A stretch of 64,000 bases of DNA from Laetmonice hystrix (GCA_965235115.1 OZ249436.1:32242001-32306000); one strand, 5' to 3'. Counted from the first letter of the stretch, positions 39,299 to 52,282 are shown. Notes: generated by a model not told the origin, from the sequence alone. Numbers and translations are program-made.

Positions 39299-40084
39299 CT
39301 GGAATGTATCATCGTCAGGGAGGATCATCGTCTCACATCGATCAATGCTCACCATGGTTATAGAACACCGACAGACGTTGCAGCCAACCAGGCTCCCACT
39401 TTCCTTGCTAAAGGATCTCAGGCCAATAATCTTGTTTTTCTCTTCACTTAAAAATCACTGCTTCAGTAATTTATTAATGCTTGTTAAAATGACCTTTTTT
39501 CTATTTGAATATTATCCAACTATTTTCCTTATTAAAATTCGCTAGTTGCAATTCACCATTTCGGATTTGCAGCATTGTAACAGTAAAAGATTCAAACGTG
39601 TACATATTGACTTGGGATATCTATGACGGAGTTCTCATTTCAGTTAATTTCTTTCACAAAACCAATACCGTCCATCCTTTGAGATATCACATTTCACTCT
39701 CACTTTGATTTAGAATTTCTTTTCGCCTTGAAGTGAAATCAGCTTTCGCCAGCGGCTGCGGTATAGCCACAAACCATGTCAGGTTCCCGTTACATTCAAA
39801 GACAATAGCCTCTCAGAAGATCAAAGCTGAGCGCATGTGCACCAAAGAATGAGGAAATCTGCCTGAAAGTAAAAATGTCATAGACCTCAATATAACACGT
39901 CTTTCATTTCTTTGGGAACGCTTCTACCAGCTGAATCGCAGTAACCTTATTTTACAGGCACTGACAATGACTGGGCTGGGCCGATGAAAGCGGACCCTCT
40001 CCCGGGACTGTAAGCCAGACCGGGCTGCCGCTGGCAAACATTCAATGACTGCTGTCGGTGAAGGGATAACCCGATGGTACCTAC

Positions 40085-40208
40085 CACCTGCAGCCAGTCG
40101 TGGACGTGATTCTGGCTGGCGTCCAGTATTTGTAAGGCCGGGTAATAGGCCAGGATGGCGCTCAGGTCCGATATCCTGTTCCCACAGAGGTTGAGCTCCT
40201 CGAGACCC
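40085..40208 (-). CDS. LRR-protein gene, exon d
   Basis: TTGTGCAG acceptor and GTAGGT donor; 124 bp, phase 2-0; (K)GLEELNLCGNRISDLSAILAYYPALQILDASQNHVHDWLQV. Confidence 0.9.
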
Positions 40209-43002
40209 CTGCACAAACAAAAGAAATCAACCCATCTTATCAAACGGAAATAGCGACATCAGAATGACACTGAAAAAAAGCAGAATAGTTTTATTAAGTC
40301 CTATGGAGGCCGCGCCTGAATTTAACACATTTGTAGGGGTTGTTTTCAGCGCCTGTGGAGCAAACTTCTGTGCATTCAGGCATCAACCGGAATATCCAGT
40401 TACCATGGGCTTCTCGTGCGGCAAATAATTAAAACTCCAGTCAGTCCTGTGACAAATGTGCGAAAACAATCAAGTCGCCCGGACGTTGTTGCATGTTACG
40501 ACCCACCACGTCTGTGGCGTCCCTTTCCATCAAGCTGCATGTTTAGGTTTCCGTTTGCTGTGGTCTAACTTGGTCTGTCGGGACGTAAAGTGTAACTACG
40601 AGATGGATTGGAGGCGAGTCATCCAATCCAGTCCTTTTACACTTACAATTAAATCCAACCGCTTCACTTGCTGTAACACTCTGAGGCTACATGAAGTTGA
40701 AGTACACTGAGGCTGGGTTTTAATCCATTCTGTATTTTCCCCTACAGGATTCGACAGGTGAGGTGGTCTCAACCAGGAAAGAACAAGACGCCCGTATCAT
40801 TTTTCTTTGTTACAGTGGAGGCTAAAGACGAATTTGAAATGAGAGCTTTCGTGATACGTTGCCTTTTCAATGTGTGTCACAATAAACGGAAGACTGGAAG
40901 GGACTAAAAGTACGAGATTCGCATATGAAATCATAGCCTACTTTATGAATCCCTCATCTGGATCAAATTTCCTATTACGGAATAAAGAGGTCGTTTTAAA
41001 TGAGACACAATATTATAATAAACATTGCTATCGCATTACAGACTAATACAGTGATTTCTTCAAAGTCAGGTTTGATATTCAAGTCATTTGTTTGCGTTGG
41101 AAGATATCTCTCAGGATACTCTCCCCTGATACCTGACGTCGTGAAATTGCTTTTCTGGACTTTTAATGGCTGGGTTGAAATCGTTACTTTCTATTGGAGG
41201 GACGGGTGTGCGGTCTGAGGGCCTGAAGCTTGAATTTCAAACAGATCTGATTAATGGCCCATGCTGTTGACACAAAGAATGCATGCTGCGAGAAAATTTT
41301 AAGTCTCTGGCTCTATCGTGGAATAAAACCTGTCAATTACCGGAAAGTTTTGCCGTTTGAATAGTTACAGGGTGAGGCTGGAACGAGCGCTGACTCCCTA
41401 TACTTGCGTTACTGGCACACATAACTTATAATAAGAGAATTCCTTTCCTGCTAACATTGCCTTTTTTTCTTTTAATAGTTAATCGTTTGTCTCAACCTGA
41501 CTGCTTCCTCGGATAAGGCCTAAAAGTACATCCCGTACATTCAAAACATCTTCAATTTCGCGTCCTTGGCACATTATAACTGAGGCGTGCCCGGGTTTAG
41601 ATGACAATAAACCGTTTGGAGAATTGGCGACAAGCGACAAGAATCACGAAACCGCGGGTGCCTGCCAGATCTGCATTGGCACACTCGCTTTTTGTCAAAA
41701 AAATCAAAAAGTGACAAACTCTGCCGAAAGCATCGGATCTTTCAAACAAATTATTTACAGACTAACCTTTAGATCTTCCGAAACAGCATTAAAAATACTT
41801 TTACAACCTGAAGGTTTTAAATCATGGCTTGACGGACAAAATAGAGTTTTCCTCATCCCTACATAATCTATCTACTAATGTGAACCAAAATCGATCTAAA
41901 ATTATTCTGGCGTAGATCTTCGACATCTAATATTGTCATTAATTCTCCTCCTGAATAAAGTTGAAATAAATTTTGACTGAATGGCCAGTAACAATTTCAT
42001 CGAAGTAAATGTGCATTACGCGATTCCGTAGATAGACATTAATGAGAATGCTGAAACGATCTCGCAACAGCTCTAATTTCTCCGGAAAACCGTAAACCAC
42101 CTTTCAAATTACTTCGGAAGTCAGCCAGCGTCTGTTTAATGGACGCATATAATCCCACCACCCGGCCCTTGGAACGCCAATCATATTGTTTCGTCAGGTT
42201 AAAACTTTTTGCTTGTCAAGCAGAAAATCTCCCGTGCCGACCAACTTGTCTACAAAAAACCTTACTTCGGATTGTTTTTAACGCTTCTCCAAGTACAGTG
42301 CATAGAGCGAGACAGACGTATGACTTCGGCGGGAGAAGCTGGTGAAATTTACAAAAAGGAAACGGATTTGCTTGTCAGAAAGGGCTTCTATATCCTCTCG
42401 CTCGCTAGTACTTGCGACTGCCAAACTCGTTCAGACCGGTCTTAGAAAATGTGTTTACTCAGCAGAACAGGCCTTACACGGGCAGTAGGATATATTTCTC
42501 TTTAGCTTGTATTTTTACTAGCGAGAACACTTACCGTGAAATGTGACCTAGCTCCGTTCAGGCTGGCCTTCTCGGAAAATTATTTAGATTAACTAATACT
42601 TGAACTGATGAGAAACGGTGTAGTCTTATTTTATTAGCATTGACCACCTGTGGTTAAAAAAAGAAACTAAAAGATGTTTTTAACAACTGGTTTTCTCGGT
42701 CACAGAATATAACGCCCAGACTGCAGACCAAGTTATTTTTTAAAGCCAGCCTGACTAACACAAAACTGACGCCTACTGTACCGATATCCTGGAAGTGAAG
42801 CTTCTTGCAGGATTTGCGACAGGAAAAGCAGGTGGGATTCTTTTCACTCGTTACAGTTTGTTAAAGCTTCGACAAGAAACGAAAGTGGCTTAAATTTGGT
42901 ATTTGCAATAAGAGGAAACAGCAGGGGAGGTTCATGTCTTAGCTCCCTGAGAAACCACCGACTTTTTATTCACCCAGATTCCTTCAGCTGGTGTCGTTTT
43001 TA

Positions 43003-44168
43003 ATATGCATTCAGAGGTAAGTGTGTGTGTGTGGGGGGGGGGGGGGGGGCACCTCGTCAAATATGCAATCAGAGGTAAGTGTGGGGCACCTCGTCCAATA
43101 TGCAATCAGAGGTAAGTGTGGGGCACCTCGTCCAATATGCAATCAGAGGTAAGTGTGGGGCACCTCGCCCAATATGCAATCAGAGGTAAGTGTGGGGCAC
43201 CTCGTCAAATATGCAATCAGAGGTAAGTGTGGGGCACCTCGTCAAACATGCAATCAGAGAAGTGTGGGGCACCTCGTCAAAATGCAATCAGAGGTAAGTG
43301 TGGGACACCGTGTCAAACATGCAATCAGAGGTAAGTGTGGGGCACCTCGTCAAATATGCAATCAGAGGTAAGTGTGGGGCACAGTGTCAAACATGCAATC
43401 AGAGGTAAGTGTGGGGCACTGCATCAAATATGCAATCAGAGGTAAGTGTGGGGCACAGTGTCAAACATGCAATCAGAGGTAAGTGTGGGGCACAGTGTCA
43501 AACATGCAATCAGAGGTAAGTGTGGGGCACTGCATCAAATATGCAATCAGAGGTAAGTGTGGGGCACAGTGTCAAACATGCAATCAGAGGTAAGTGTGGG
43601 GCACAGTGTCAAACATGCAATCAGAGGTAAGTGTGGGGCACCTCGTCAAATATGCAATCAGAGGTAAGTGTGGGGCACCTCGTCAAATATGCAATCAGAG
43701 GTAAGTGTGGGGCACAGTGTCAAACATGCAATCAGAGGTAAGTGTGGGGCACTGCATCAAATATGCAATCAGAGGTAAGTGTGGGGCACAGTGTCAAACA
43801 TGCAATCAGAGGTAAGTGTGGGGCACAGTGTCAAACATGCAATCAGAGGTAAGTGTGGGGCACCTCGTCAAATATGCAATCAGAGGTAAGTGTGGGGCAC
43901 CTCGTCAAATATGCAATCAGAGGTAAGTGTGGGGCACCTCGTCAAATATGCAACCAGAGGCAAGTGTGGGGCACCTCGTCAAATATGCAATCAGAGGTAA
44001 GTGTGGGGCACTGCATCAAATATGCAATCAGAGCTAAGTGTGGGGCACAGTGTCAAACATGCAATCAGAGGTAAGTGTGGGGCACCTCGTCAAATATGCA
44101 ATCAGAGGTAAGTGTGGGGCACCTCGTCAAACATGCAACCAGAGGCAAGTGTGGGGCACCTCGTCAAA
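43003..44168. repeat. 37-bp minisatellite, ~31 copies with interspersed variants
   Basis: Consensus ATATGCAATCAGAGGTAAGTGTGGGGCACCTCGTCAA (starts at 43061, 43098, ...); variants ...CACAGTGTCAAAC and ...CACTGCATCAAAT. Confidence 0.95.
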
Positions 44169-45218
44169 TTTATGATTTCACGCGAAATCATTCAAAAGCT
44201 TACTACTGGTATTTTGACAGACAACCTAATGATACTTGTGGTAACCTATCCTGCAATCTGTCCAAATGTACCGTATCACTAACGTCAAGATCTCTCCAGT
44301 CACACCCTCATTCAGATTGTAATAAATCATCTAACAAAACTGTTTAAACAAAGGCTGAAAATGGAACTATTGTTGGGAACTAATTATAGTCGTGATGCAA
44401 CACAGAATTCTACTTCACTGATAGAACGACTATGATTTCTGAACGTACATTATTGAGAATTAATGGAACCTCGAACAGTGTTATATTCTCTCTCTTGTCC
44501 ACACTGAGCTCTAACGGGAATGGGGAACTCGCTCTTAACTACCTCCATTCAAAACTTAACAAGAGAGAACAATGTTGTTTGATGGTGATAAATCGTAGGG
44601 TGCCACGGTGGGGCAGTAGCTATTACAAACTGTATCGGGTCCTTCACTGCGGGAAAGTATGGAAGGAGATACCTGGCGGATAAATACGGCACGACACCGA
44701 AGGTGGAGTGCCGTATTCATGCACCAGGCATCGAGTTCCATACTTTTCCGCAGTGAAGGAGCCGAATCACATGCTTCTTATTATATGCGCTTGGATTATT
44801 TCTAATTTGAGGAAAAGAGCCAGCAGTAAACAAGAATTAACAACAAATGAGGGTTTATCCGCGGGGCCACGGGATAGGGTGGTTTGTGGAACCCCCCCCC
44901 CCTCCCCCAACCCCCAACCCCAACCCCCATTTATTCTGGAACAGTCGCGCGTAATAATATTACATGTTCCGGTGCTTCCATAGGACCTCATAGTTAACGT
45001 CGCTTCACCCCATGACTACAATCAAATCAGTCCGTATGGAACACGCATTCCATACAGACCACCGTATGGCAAAATGGCACTGGTAGATAGAATGCGCATA
45101 TAATAAAAAACCTAAGTATGATTCCATCAATGCGTTTTATACTCGTCCAGGTTTAAAGGTACATTCTAAGTATCTTCGAAAATAAAACACTTGCCTGTCA
45201 CCGATAGCAACCCATTGA

Positions 45219-46211
45219 CATATATATGTCACGGACGAGATTGGAATCCAGCCCGATTCCGAACTGGGCCGGCCCAGATCGGAATTCCAATCTAGGCCGG
45301 CCCAAAATGGGATTCCGATCTCGGCCGGCCCAGTTCGGAATCGGGCCGGCCGAGATTGGAATTCCATTTTAGGCCGGCCTGTAATGGAATCGACATAGGA
45401 TTCCATTCTGGGCCGGCCCAGATCAGAATTCTGATTCGGGCCGGCCAAGATGGGAATCTTCTAAAGACCTGGCCCAGATTGGAATTCTGATCTGGGCCGG
45501 CCCATGAACAACACCAGTTTTCAGACTCACACCAGCTTACTGCGCTTTGAAGGGGGCTTCAAAGGGAACCCTACACTTTCGGCTGTTTAGAGCCTGGGAA
45601 CTTAGATATAGTAAACATACATTTTGGTAGGTATGAAGGAATCCAGAGGTATAGGTCATATAATTCCGAATATTAGGCCTATCACAGTCCTAAACTGGTG
45701 TCACTATACCTTTAACTTCTAAAAGTGTATTTTTAAACTAAAACTCTGCCGAGATCAGAAAAACGTCCATTCTGTCGCTCGAGGATTCCTATGTGATTAA
45801 AGTGGATATACTGACTTTATAATTCCAGATGGATTCTGCCAGATGGATTCTGATCTGGGCCAGCAGGTATCCAATCTGGGCCCGCCCAGATCAGAATTCC
45901 AATCTGGGCCAGGTCTTTAGAGGATTCCCATCTTGGCCGGCCAGAATCAGAATTCTGATCTGGGCCGGCCCAGAATGGAATCCTATGTCGATTCCATTCC
46001 AGGCCGGCCTAGAATGGAATTCCAATCTCGGCCGGCCCGATTCCGAACTGGGCCGGCCTAGTTGGGAATCCCATTCTAGGCCGGCCTGGAATAGAATTCC
46101 AATCTCGGCCGGCCCGATTCCGAACTGGGCCGGCCGAGATCGGAATCCCATTCTGGGCCGGCCCAGTTCGGAATCGGGCCGGATTCCAATCTCGTCCGTG
46201 ACATATATATG
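45219..46211. mobile_element. Foldback element with ~290/360-bp modular inverted arms
   Basis: Ends CATATATATGTCACGGACGAGATTGGAATCC and its exact reverse complement; arms ~45219-45505 and ~45850-46211 are made of GGCCGGCC-centred palindromes around a unique spacer. Confidence 0.85.
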
Positions 46212-47033
46212 AAGGCACACTGTTGCTGCAGTACTGTACTGCAGTATGATGACTTTTGTTAACTACGATTCGGACCGAAGCTACAACATGATAATAGCAG
46301 GAGTTGAATTTGCCTCCACTGTCCGAAAGGGGTGCTGCAAATGATGTCGAACAACATCCCATAATAGTCCCAAGTCCTTGGGAATCTGGGGGAATCCCAT
46401 GCTAAATAATTCTGGTATCGCTCCACCACATTTGATCATCATCATAGACCTACGCTTGCTTTGTAAATATGCCAATCAGAATCAGCTAAAAAGCTGTGAA
46501 AGAAGGAGTTGGACAGAAGACGTGTCAGTGCTCGTGTGTCTATCGGCACTGCAATGGATGGGTGGATGGCCCTGAATAACCCACGCTCCGATCAGCGTCA
46601 ACTTAGAGGCGCTGAAACTCAGCCTGGGAAAAACGAGCTCAGGTGCTAGACAGGCGCGTCAGGGAATTCCCCTCACGGTTAACCAAAATGGCCAAGCGGT
46701 TCGAAGGTAGAGCGTTAGATTGCAACGGATTCAGCTGAGCGTTCTCACAATTACATTTGGTTGGTCTCACTACAATTTATTTGAGTTTTACATGTGACAC
46801 TAAGCTGAATTATATGGCAGGGGGTCGATATTACAGGTTTTAAAAATGTTGTAACTTTAACGATCTTTTCAAGGCCCACCGTTCCAAGCAACAAGGCACG
46901 ATTACATTATTGTGCAGAGCAAGTCATACTAGGAAGATTTCCAAAAACCGTGTACATCTCTCAGGCAAATACATTGATAAAGCATAAATATCAGTGACTG
47001 TATGCTGCCTCGGGATATTCTGTGCATACTCAC

Positions 47034-47089
47034 TTTACTTTTCCAAGGCTCTTCATAGTTGACAGGTGGTTGTGTGCGACGTGCAAAGT
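47034..47089 (-). CDS. LRR-protein gene, exon c
   Basis: GTTTCAG acceptor and GTGAGT donor; 56 bp, phase 0-2; TLHVAHNHLSTMKSLGKV(K) bridges exons b and d in frame. Confidence 0.85.
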
Positions 47090-47713
47090 CTGAAACCGCG
47101 CAATAAAACGTCATATTCTTCTTTAAAAAAGGAGGAACAGAAAGTTCTTTGCATTTTCAAATCGAAAATTGGTTCTTTGCCTTTCAAATAAAAAAAAGAA
47201 AATCTCCCGGATTATCAAAACATTCGACAATAACACGTGGAACCATCAAAGACAATCGTTTTCTTTAAATCTCGAACCCTTTGAGAAGAAAATCGTTGAA
47301 TGGTTAAGAACAACATTAATTTCAACAAACCATGGCTAAAGCTTACCCATCTGTCTAATGGATTTCCATTTCTTAATCCTAACTGTTTTAGCTTAATCAA
47401 TTAATCAGAACTGAACTACATGTACTTTATCCTAATTTGCAGCTAAGTTACAACAGGAGTGTTTATACGTCAATAATATAACAAAACGGACAGTGCCATA
47501 CAGAGTGGCTTCACTTTGGGTTTTAAAAAAACAAACAAAAGACAAACAAAAACAAAAACCCACAAGTCCTACTCCTTGTGGATTCGCTGCTATGATACAT
47601 AATATTAAGGCACTGTTGTGATATACTTAGGCACTTTTTCTTCATAATTCAACGATACAAAAGAATAACCAGATATCAATATGCCATAGTATGGCATTCC
47701 TTCTTCTCCTGAT

Positions 47714-47997
47714 CCCACTGTGGGACGCTTGCTTGCGACACCCGTCGCAAGACATGCGACGGGTGTCGCAAGGGACGTCGCAAAAAACCCTGGAATCGGA
47801 GTACGCTCTCATTGGCTGTATAGCACAGCAATGAGCCTGGCTGTTGTCGTAAGCCTTGCGACAAAGGGAAGATCAAATATGTTTGATATTGTCGCAAGCC
47901 TTGCAACAAGTGGAACCCACGACACATTCTTGCGACGGGTGTCACCGTGTTGCAAGGATAAAGACACCCGTTGCAACCCTATGCGTCGCATAGTGGG
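47714..47997. mobile_element. MITE with CCCACT termini and TTGCGAC/GTCGCAA subrepeats
   Basis: CCCACTGTGGGACGC / GCGTCGCATAGTGGG; many internal TTGCGAC or GTCGCAA motifs; no clear TSD. Confidence 0.65.
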
Positions 47998-48843
47998 TTG
48001 AACGTTCGGGCTAACCCTTCTATCGCAACCACAACCAATTAAGTAAAAAATAAAATAAAATAAAAACAACATGAAGCCACGGGAGCGACAGACTTTCTCC
48101 ACTCGTTCACATTATTTCCTGCATCTATTCAGACTAAAGTCTGAAGTCAAGCCGCTGCACCATATGGCCAAACCGCTGAGATTTTTAAAACACAAAGCCA
48201 GACTAAAAACAGTGAACAAATGAAATCGGTACGAACCCTAAAATAACCCCAGCACATAAAAATGACTTCAAGTTAAAAGGTTCATAAATAAAAAATGTTA
48301 AATCCTCTGACACATCGCTTCGTTCGCTAAAAGCCCTGACGGTGGGGACCCTTTACTTTGGCCATCATGGCACTTAACGTCCTGCTGTCTTTCTGAGACT
48401 TGACATTACGCATAGCTCTGCAGTAAATCCGTGCCTACGGATTCCTTCAGTGCACAGGGTAAAAGGGTCCGCTCTCTCCCTTGCTCCGTGAGGTAAGTAC
48501 CTAGGAGGTTACGACATGGTCAGTGACAAATATTCTTTTACCGGGATGCAAGCAATAGCTCGCCGGCCTGGAGCGAGCTGCACGATGTTCCCTTCGTTAA
48601 AATTCCCATTGATGTTCTGTTCGTTAAATTTAGCACGTGAACCCCGATACTCATTCAAAGATTTAACGAAGAGAAGGTCATGCTACTGGACCTGTGGTAG
48701 TACGACGACCCGACCCAGTCTACAAGAATACACAAATCCCTGTCTATAGAGTATAAATCATACATTTAAAAAAAATAATAAAACGTTACGCAAACTCTAC
48801 CCCCCCCCCCCCCCAGCGCCCACTTCCTTCCTTTCCGACTTAC

Positions 48844-48915
48844 CTTGAGATTGGCCAGTCCTTTCAGACCTGACAAATCTGTCAATCGGTTGTAGGACAG
48901 GTCGACCTCCTGAAG
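48844..48915 (-). CDS. LRR-protein gene, exon b
   Basis: TCTGCAG acceptor and GTAAGT donor; 72 bp, phase 0-0; LQEVDLSYNRLTDLSGLKGLANLK, a canonical SDS22-type LRR. Confidence 0.9.
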
Positions 48916-50051
48916 CTGCAGACAACCAGAATCATTTCAGGACATTGTAACAAACAGAAAATAAAACATATTACGGCATGGATAATGCCTCTTTACAAGT
49001 TCAAGTGTAGCTCCCCGTACGTCTTAATGTTGCTGGTGTAACCTAAATGGGCGTTAGGCCTACAAACTCACGTAGTACATAGTCATATCAACTTGTCATT
49101 TTTTTAGGGTGGGGGGTGGGGTGGGGGGGTGGGGGGTGGCTGACAAGGGAGCATGACTTTATGGGACTCTGCGAGGTGTTCAAGGGATCAGAACACTGGG
49201 GGAGGAACACTGAACATAATACCATTCGGAGAAACTGCGAAGCGGTGTTTTCACAGCAAGCAACGAGAACGGTAGGCCTACACGTGTACTGCACAGCGGC
49301 CATTTCGAAATTATGTAACCTTAGGTAATTTCCACGTGACTTGGAAACTCTTCCTGGCCAGCCTCGGGACAGTGGTTCTGCCATTCTGTCGGCAGTCGGG
49401 CCACAAACCTTCACCTTCCCCACCGCCTAGAAGTATTCGAATTGGCGCTTCGGGCCCAGGAAATATAATAAAGAAGTAGGATCTCATGACATAACCTTGC
49501 AATATAATAATTTCCTCATGTCCGCAGTGTCGGAGAGGATATTGTATGCAATTTCTCTTACACCTTTTTGGTAAAATGGAATCGAACTTAAATGAATTTT
49601 ATATAGGGTCTAGTGATAATAAAATAATTTAAGCTTTCCTCTGCCTGAGGCATCAGGGAGAAAACTTGTCCCTTGAGACATATATAAGATGTTTCGTCAC
49701 AGAAGTGGCAATTGTAGAAAATAAAATGTCTACAAAACGGAATAACGAGTGGCGTCCTGTGAAAAGGTAATTACGCGACATTTTTGCACCTCAAAACTTG
49801 TTTAAGGATACACTTTGATTGGTCCTGTGGTTATCTTCTGGTTAAATCTGCTAGCAACTGAAATGAATTTCTGACAACTGCATTACGTATAATCATGGAA
49901 CATGAGGTTTAGAAACCTGACATACAACTGTCTACAACATTCAAATAAAGTGTGTACGACATTCAAGCTATGCAGCCAGGATAGCACAAAGACGCTTCTA
50001 AAATCCGACCCTGAAGTTTTCAATTTGCGCAGCAATATTGATCAAAGTAAT

Positions 50052-50306
50052 CATAACAGTTTCGGAGGAAACTGATTGTTAATAAATACGCGATACTTAC
50101 CTCATAACATATGAGAGACTTACAGTTTCTCGATTCCCAATGGTCAAAAAATTTAATAAAAGTGTTCTAAGTGAAACAAGAATGAGTTCCACCAGAACTC
50201 CTGTCTTTCTAACATATTCGGTGTATGGCTCCCTCTAGCGGAGATCCGCTGGATCGTGCGCCCCCTAGTGTCCATGTGACCTAGTAGTCAGATTTAAATG
50301 ACCACT
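50052..50306 (-). repeat. DIRS 3' ITR (shared core 50094-50306 plus unique extension 50052-50093)
   Basis: The core is the reverse complement of 56182-56395; I saw only one 1-bp indel (GATTTAAATG vs GATTTGAAATG). Confidence 0.92.
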
Positions 50307-50332
50307 AAGCGGGGAGGCGGGAAGGGCCTTTA

Positions 50333-50433
50333 ATGTTATGAGGTAAGTATCGCGTATTTATTAACAATCAGTTTCCTCCGAAACTGTTATGGTTAATTAC
50401 ATACGCTTCTACTTACCTCATAACATATGAGAG
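50333..50433. repeat. DIRS internal complementary region (ICR)
   Basis: 50333-50390 is the reverse complement of the left end (~50052-50110) and 50389-50433 that of the right end (~56372-56415); the two join at ...CTGTTA-TG-GTTAATTAC. Confidence 0.92.
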
Positions 50434-50679
50434 CGAGTGCTAAGCATAGGAGGTGGGAAGACAGAAATATTCACTCCACAGCCATACCCATTGAGGCGTA
50501 GGCCCTTGCACTTGTTTTCACCTGGGAACGTTTATAGAGTTAAATCCTGAAAACTGCTATACGTGTGTAGGGAAGGTAATACCTTCTCCTTGTGAGGGAA
50601 ACCAAGGGCCGGAAGACTGAACAGATAACATCTGCCCCCCCCCCCTTCTTTTTGTCCCACGCTCTCCATCATGCAGTGA

Positions 50680-51600
50680 CGTGGACAAACAACGGCCTGG
50701 GCCACTAAAAGGGCGTCCTCCTGACCACCAAGTTCACGCAATAGAACTGTAAAGGTGGTGTCTAATAGCCAAAAGGCAGCCTCGAGGAATTCGGCGAAGG
50801 TTACTCCATTAATAGGAGCCCAGGACGCAGAAATCGCCCGCACCTCAAGAACCTTAACACGATGAAACTGAAAAGACTTGGGCAAGGCCGCGTCTGCCCG
50901 AGTCAAGGCTAAGCTAAAGCCTTCCACCTAGAAATGTAGCCGGCGTGATGTCGAGGGGTACGCACTCACCAAAAGACACGACACCCCCTCTAACAGGCAG
51001 CTCTACAGGCGCTCCTCATCATCCGGCCTGAGCTCGGAGCTCAGAGCCAGGGTCGGGTTGTTAGCCACAGAGTGTGGTAACAAAGGTCACAATGGAGGAA
51101 CAGGGGCCAAAACGCGCTCCCCCGAAGGCAGAAAATTCCGACCACCTCAGCCCTGAGGTTAATGCTACAGGAACATGGTCTTTCAAGTACAAATTGGTGT
51201 ACGGAAGACATAAGATAAATAAGGGGGGGGACGCAACAATGCGTTCAGTACCACCGACCAACTCCAGTAAGGGGCCTTCCTCGGCTTTACGGGCTCAAGA
51301 AATATCAAGTTGCGTAATAGCGCACTGAGTTCCCGTCAAGAGCTAAAGGAACCTCCGCCTGGTGCTGATGCATTTGCTGCAATCACTGATCTGATTCCTC
51401 GCACGGCGGAGACCGACAACCCCCAAAGAAACATGTCAAGCACACAATCGGCTACTGACAGGGGGCGGTGAGATCAAAGTCATATGTTCCCCTGCCCATT
51501 CAATAAGGAAGGCCCGCTGTCTCGATACGCAGCTTGCGAGGAGGGCCTATGTTTCTCGGCAATGCTCTGGGCCGCTTGTCCCGAGAATCCACGCTTCTCA
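50680..51600 (-). pseudogene. Decayed DIRS tyrosine recombinase
   Basis: Fragments AEKHRPSSQAAY (N-terminal), VALTSGLRWSEFSAF (catalytic Arg box) and VKVLEVRAISASWA...EFLEAAFWLLDTTF...LLVAQAVV (HxxR box with His replaced by Leu); frameshifts and stops between them. Confidence 0.85.
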
Positions 51601-51759
51601 CCTCTGTTCCTGACAAGCAGAGGGGTGTAAATCGAAAATCTTCGGAGCTGAATGCCACTTCCCTCTCTAAAACAACAGATCGGGGTCATAAGGCAGGGAT
51701 CGAGCCCAATCCCGCAACAAATCTGATATCTCTGTGAAACAAGGCCAACCCGGCCCATA

Positions 51760-51970
51760 TTATGACTGGCCCAGACAGGCGCGTTTCGCGGCGCGTTCGA
51801 GACGCGTCGGCCATTTTTATGCACGCCTCGTGATGCACGCGTCCTGTGTGGGTCGCTAATCACGCAGGCGTCAGCCGTTTCTGACGCACGCGTCGACTTT
51901 TTCACGCGCGTGACTGGCCCAGACAGGCGCGTTTCGAGGCGCGTCGCCCATTTTGACGCACGCCTCTTGA

Positions 51971-52001
<31 letters not shown>

Positions 52002-52023
52002 CCCTGTGTGTCCCCGGTTTTAA
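51760..52023. mobile_element. Truncated Harbinger-like MITE nested in the DIRS element
   Basis: One terminus ...CCCCTGTGTGTCCCCGGTTTTAA, a (GCAC)n tract and duplicated GACTGGCCCAGACAGGCGCGTTTCG blocks; interrupts the RNase H remnant; other terminus not found. Confidence 0.55.
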
Positions 52024-52119
52024 ACTTGCCCTGCACATGAAATGACGGTTATCCCCGGTTATCCGGAATAGTAGCAGTGACCGAGTGTCCCTTTGATTTA
52101 ACAGATAGGTCACTGCCAT

Positions 52120-52282
52120 CCCAACTAACACACAACCTTTTCACAACGTTGAATAAAGTTGTAGTTTGGTCACTTCACAACGTTGTGTCTAACGAAACTA
52201 CAACGTTGTGGCAACATAGAAAACCAAACAAATTTACGTAGCGTTATGGGAACGTTGTAGCAACGTAATATTGCTAGCTGGG
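52120..52282. mobile_element. EnSpm/CACTA-like MITE nested in the DIRS RNase H
   Basis: Termini CCCAACTAAC / GCTAGCTGGG, 2-bp TSD AT (52118-52119, 52283-52284), internal CAACGTTG repeats; removing it rejoins the DST-MAVTY RNase H motif. Confidence 0.8.

Noticed and set aside
43003..44168. CRISPR-like array (constant repeat with a variable slot)
   Set aside because: The variable part is only ~4-5 nt and recurs, there are no unique spacers or cas genes, and the context is a eukaryotic intron.
45137..46362. Several overlapping 100-127 aa ORFs
   Set aside because: By-products of the GC-rich palindromic arms of the foldback element.
46688..46745. tRNA-like start (GGCCAAGCGGTTCGAAGG)
   Set aside because: No cloverleaf or correctly spaced T-arm could be formed.
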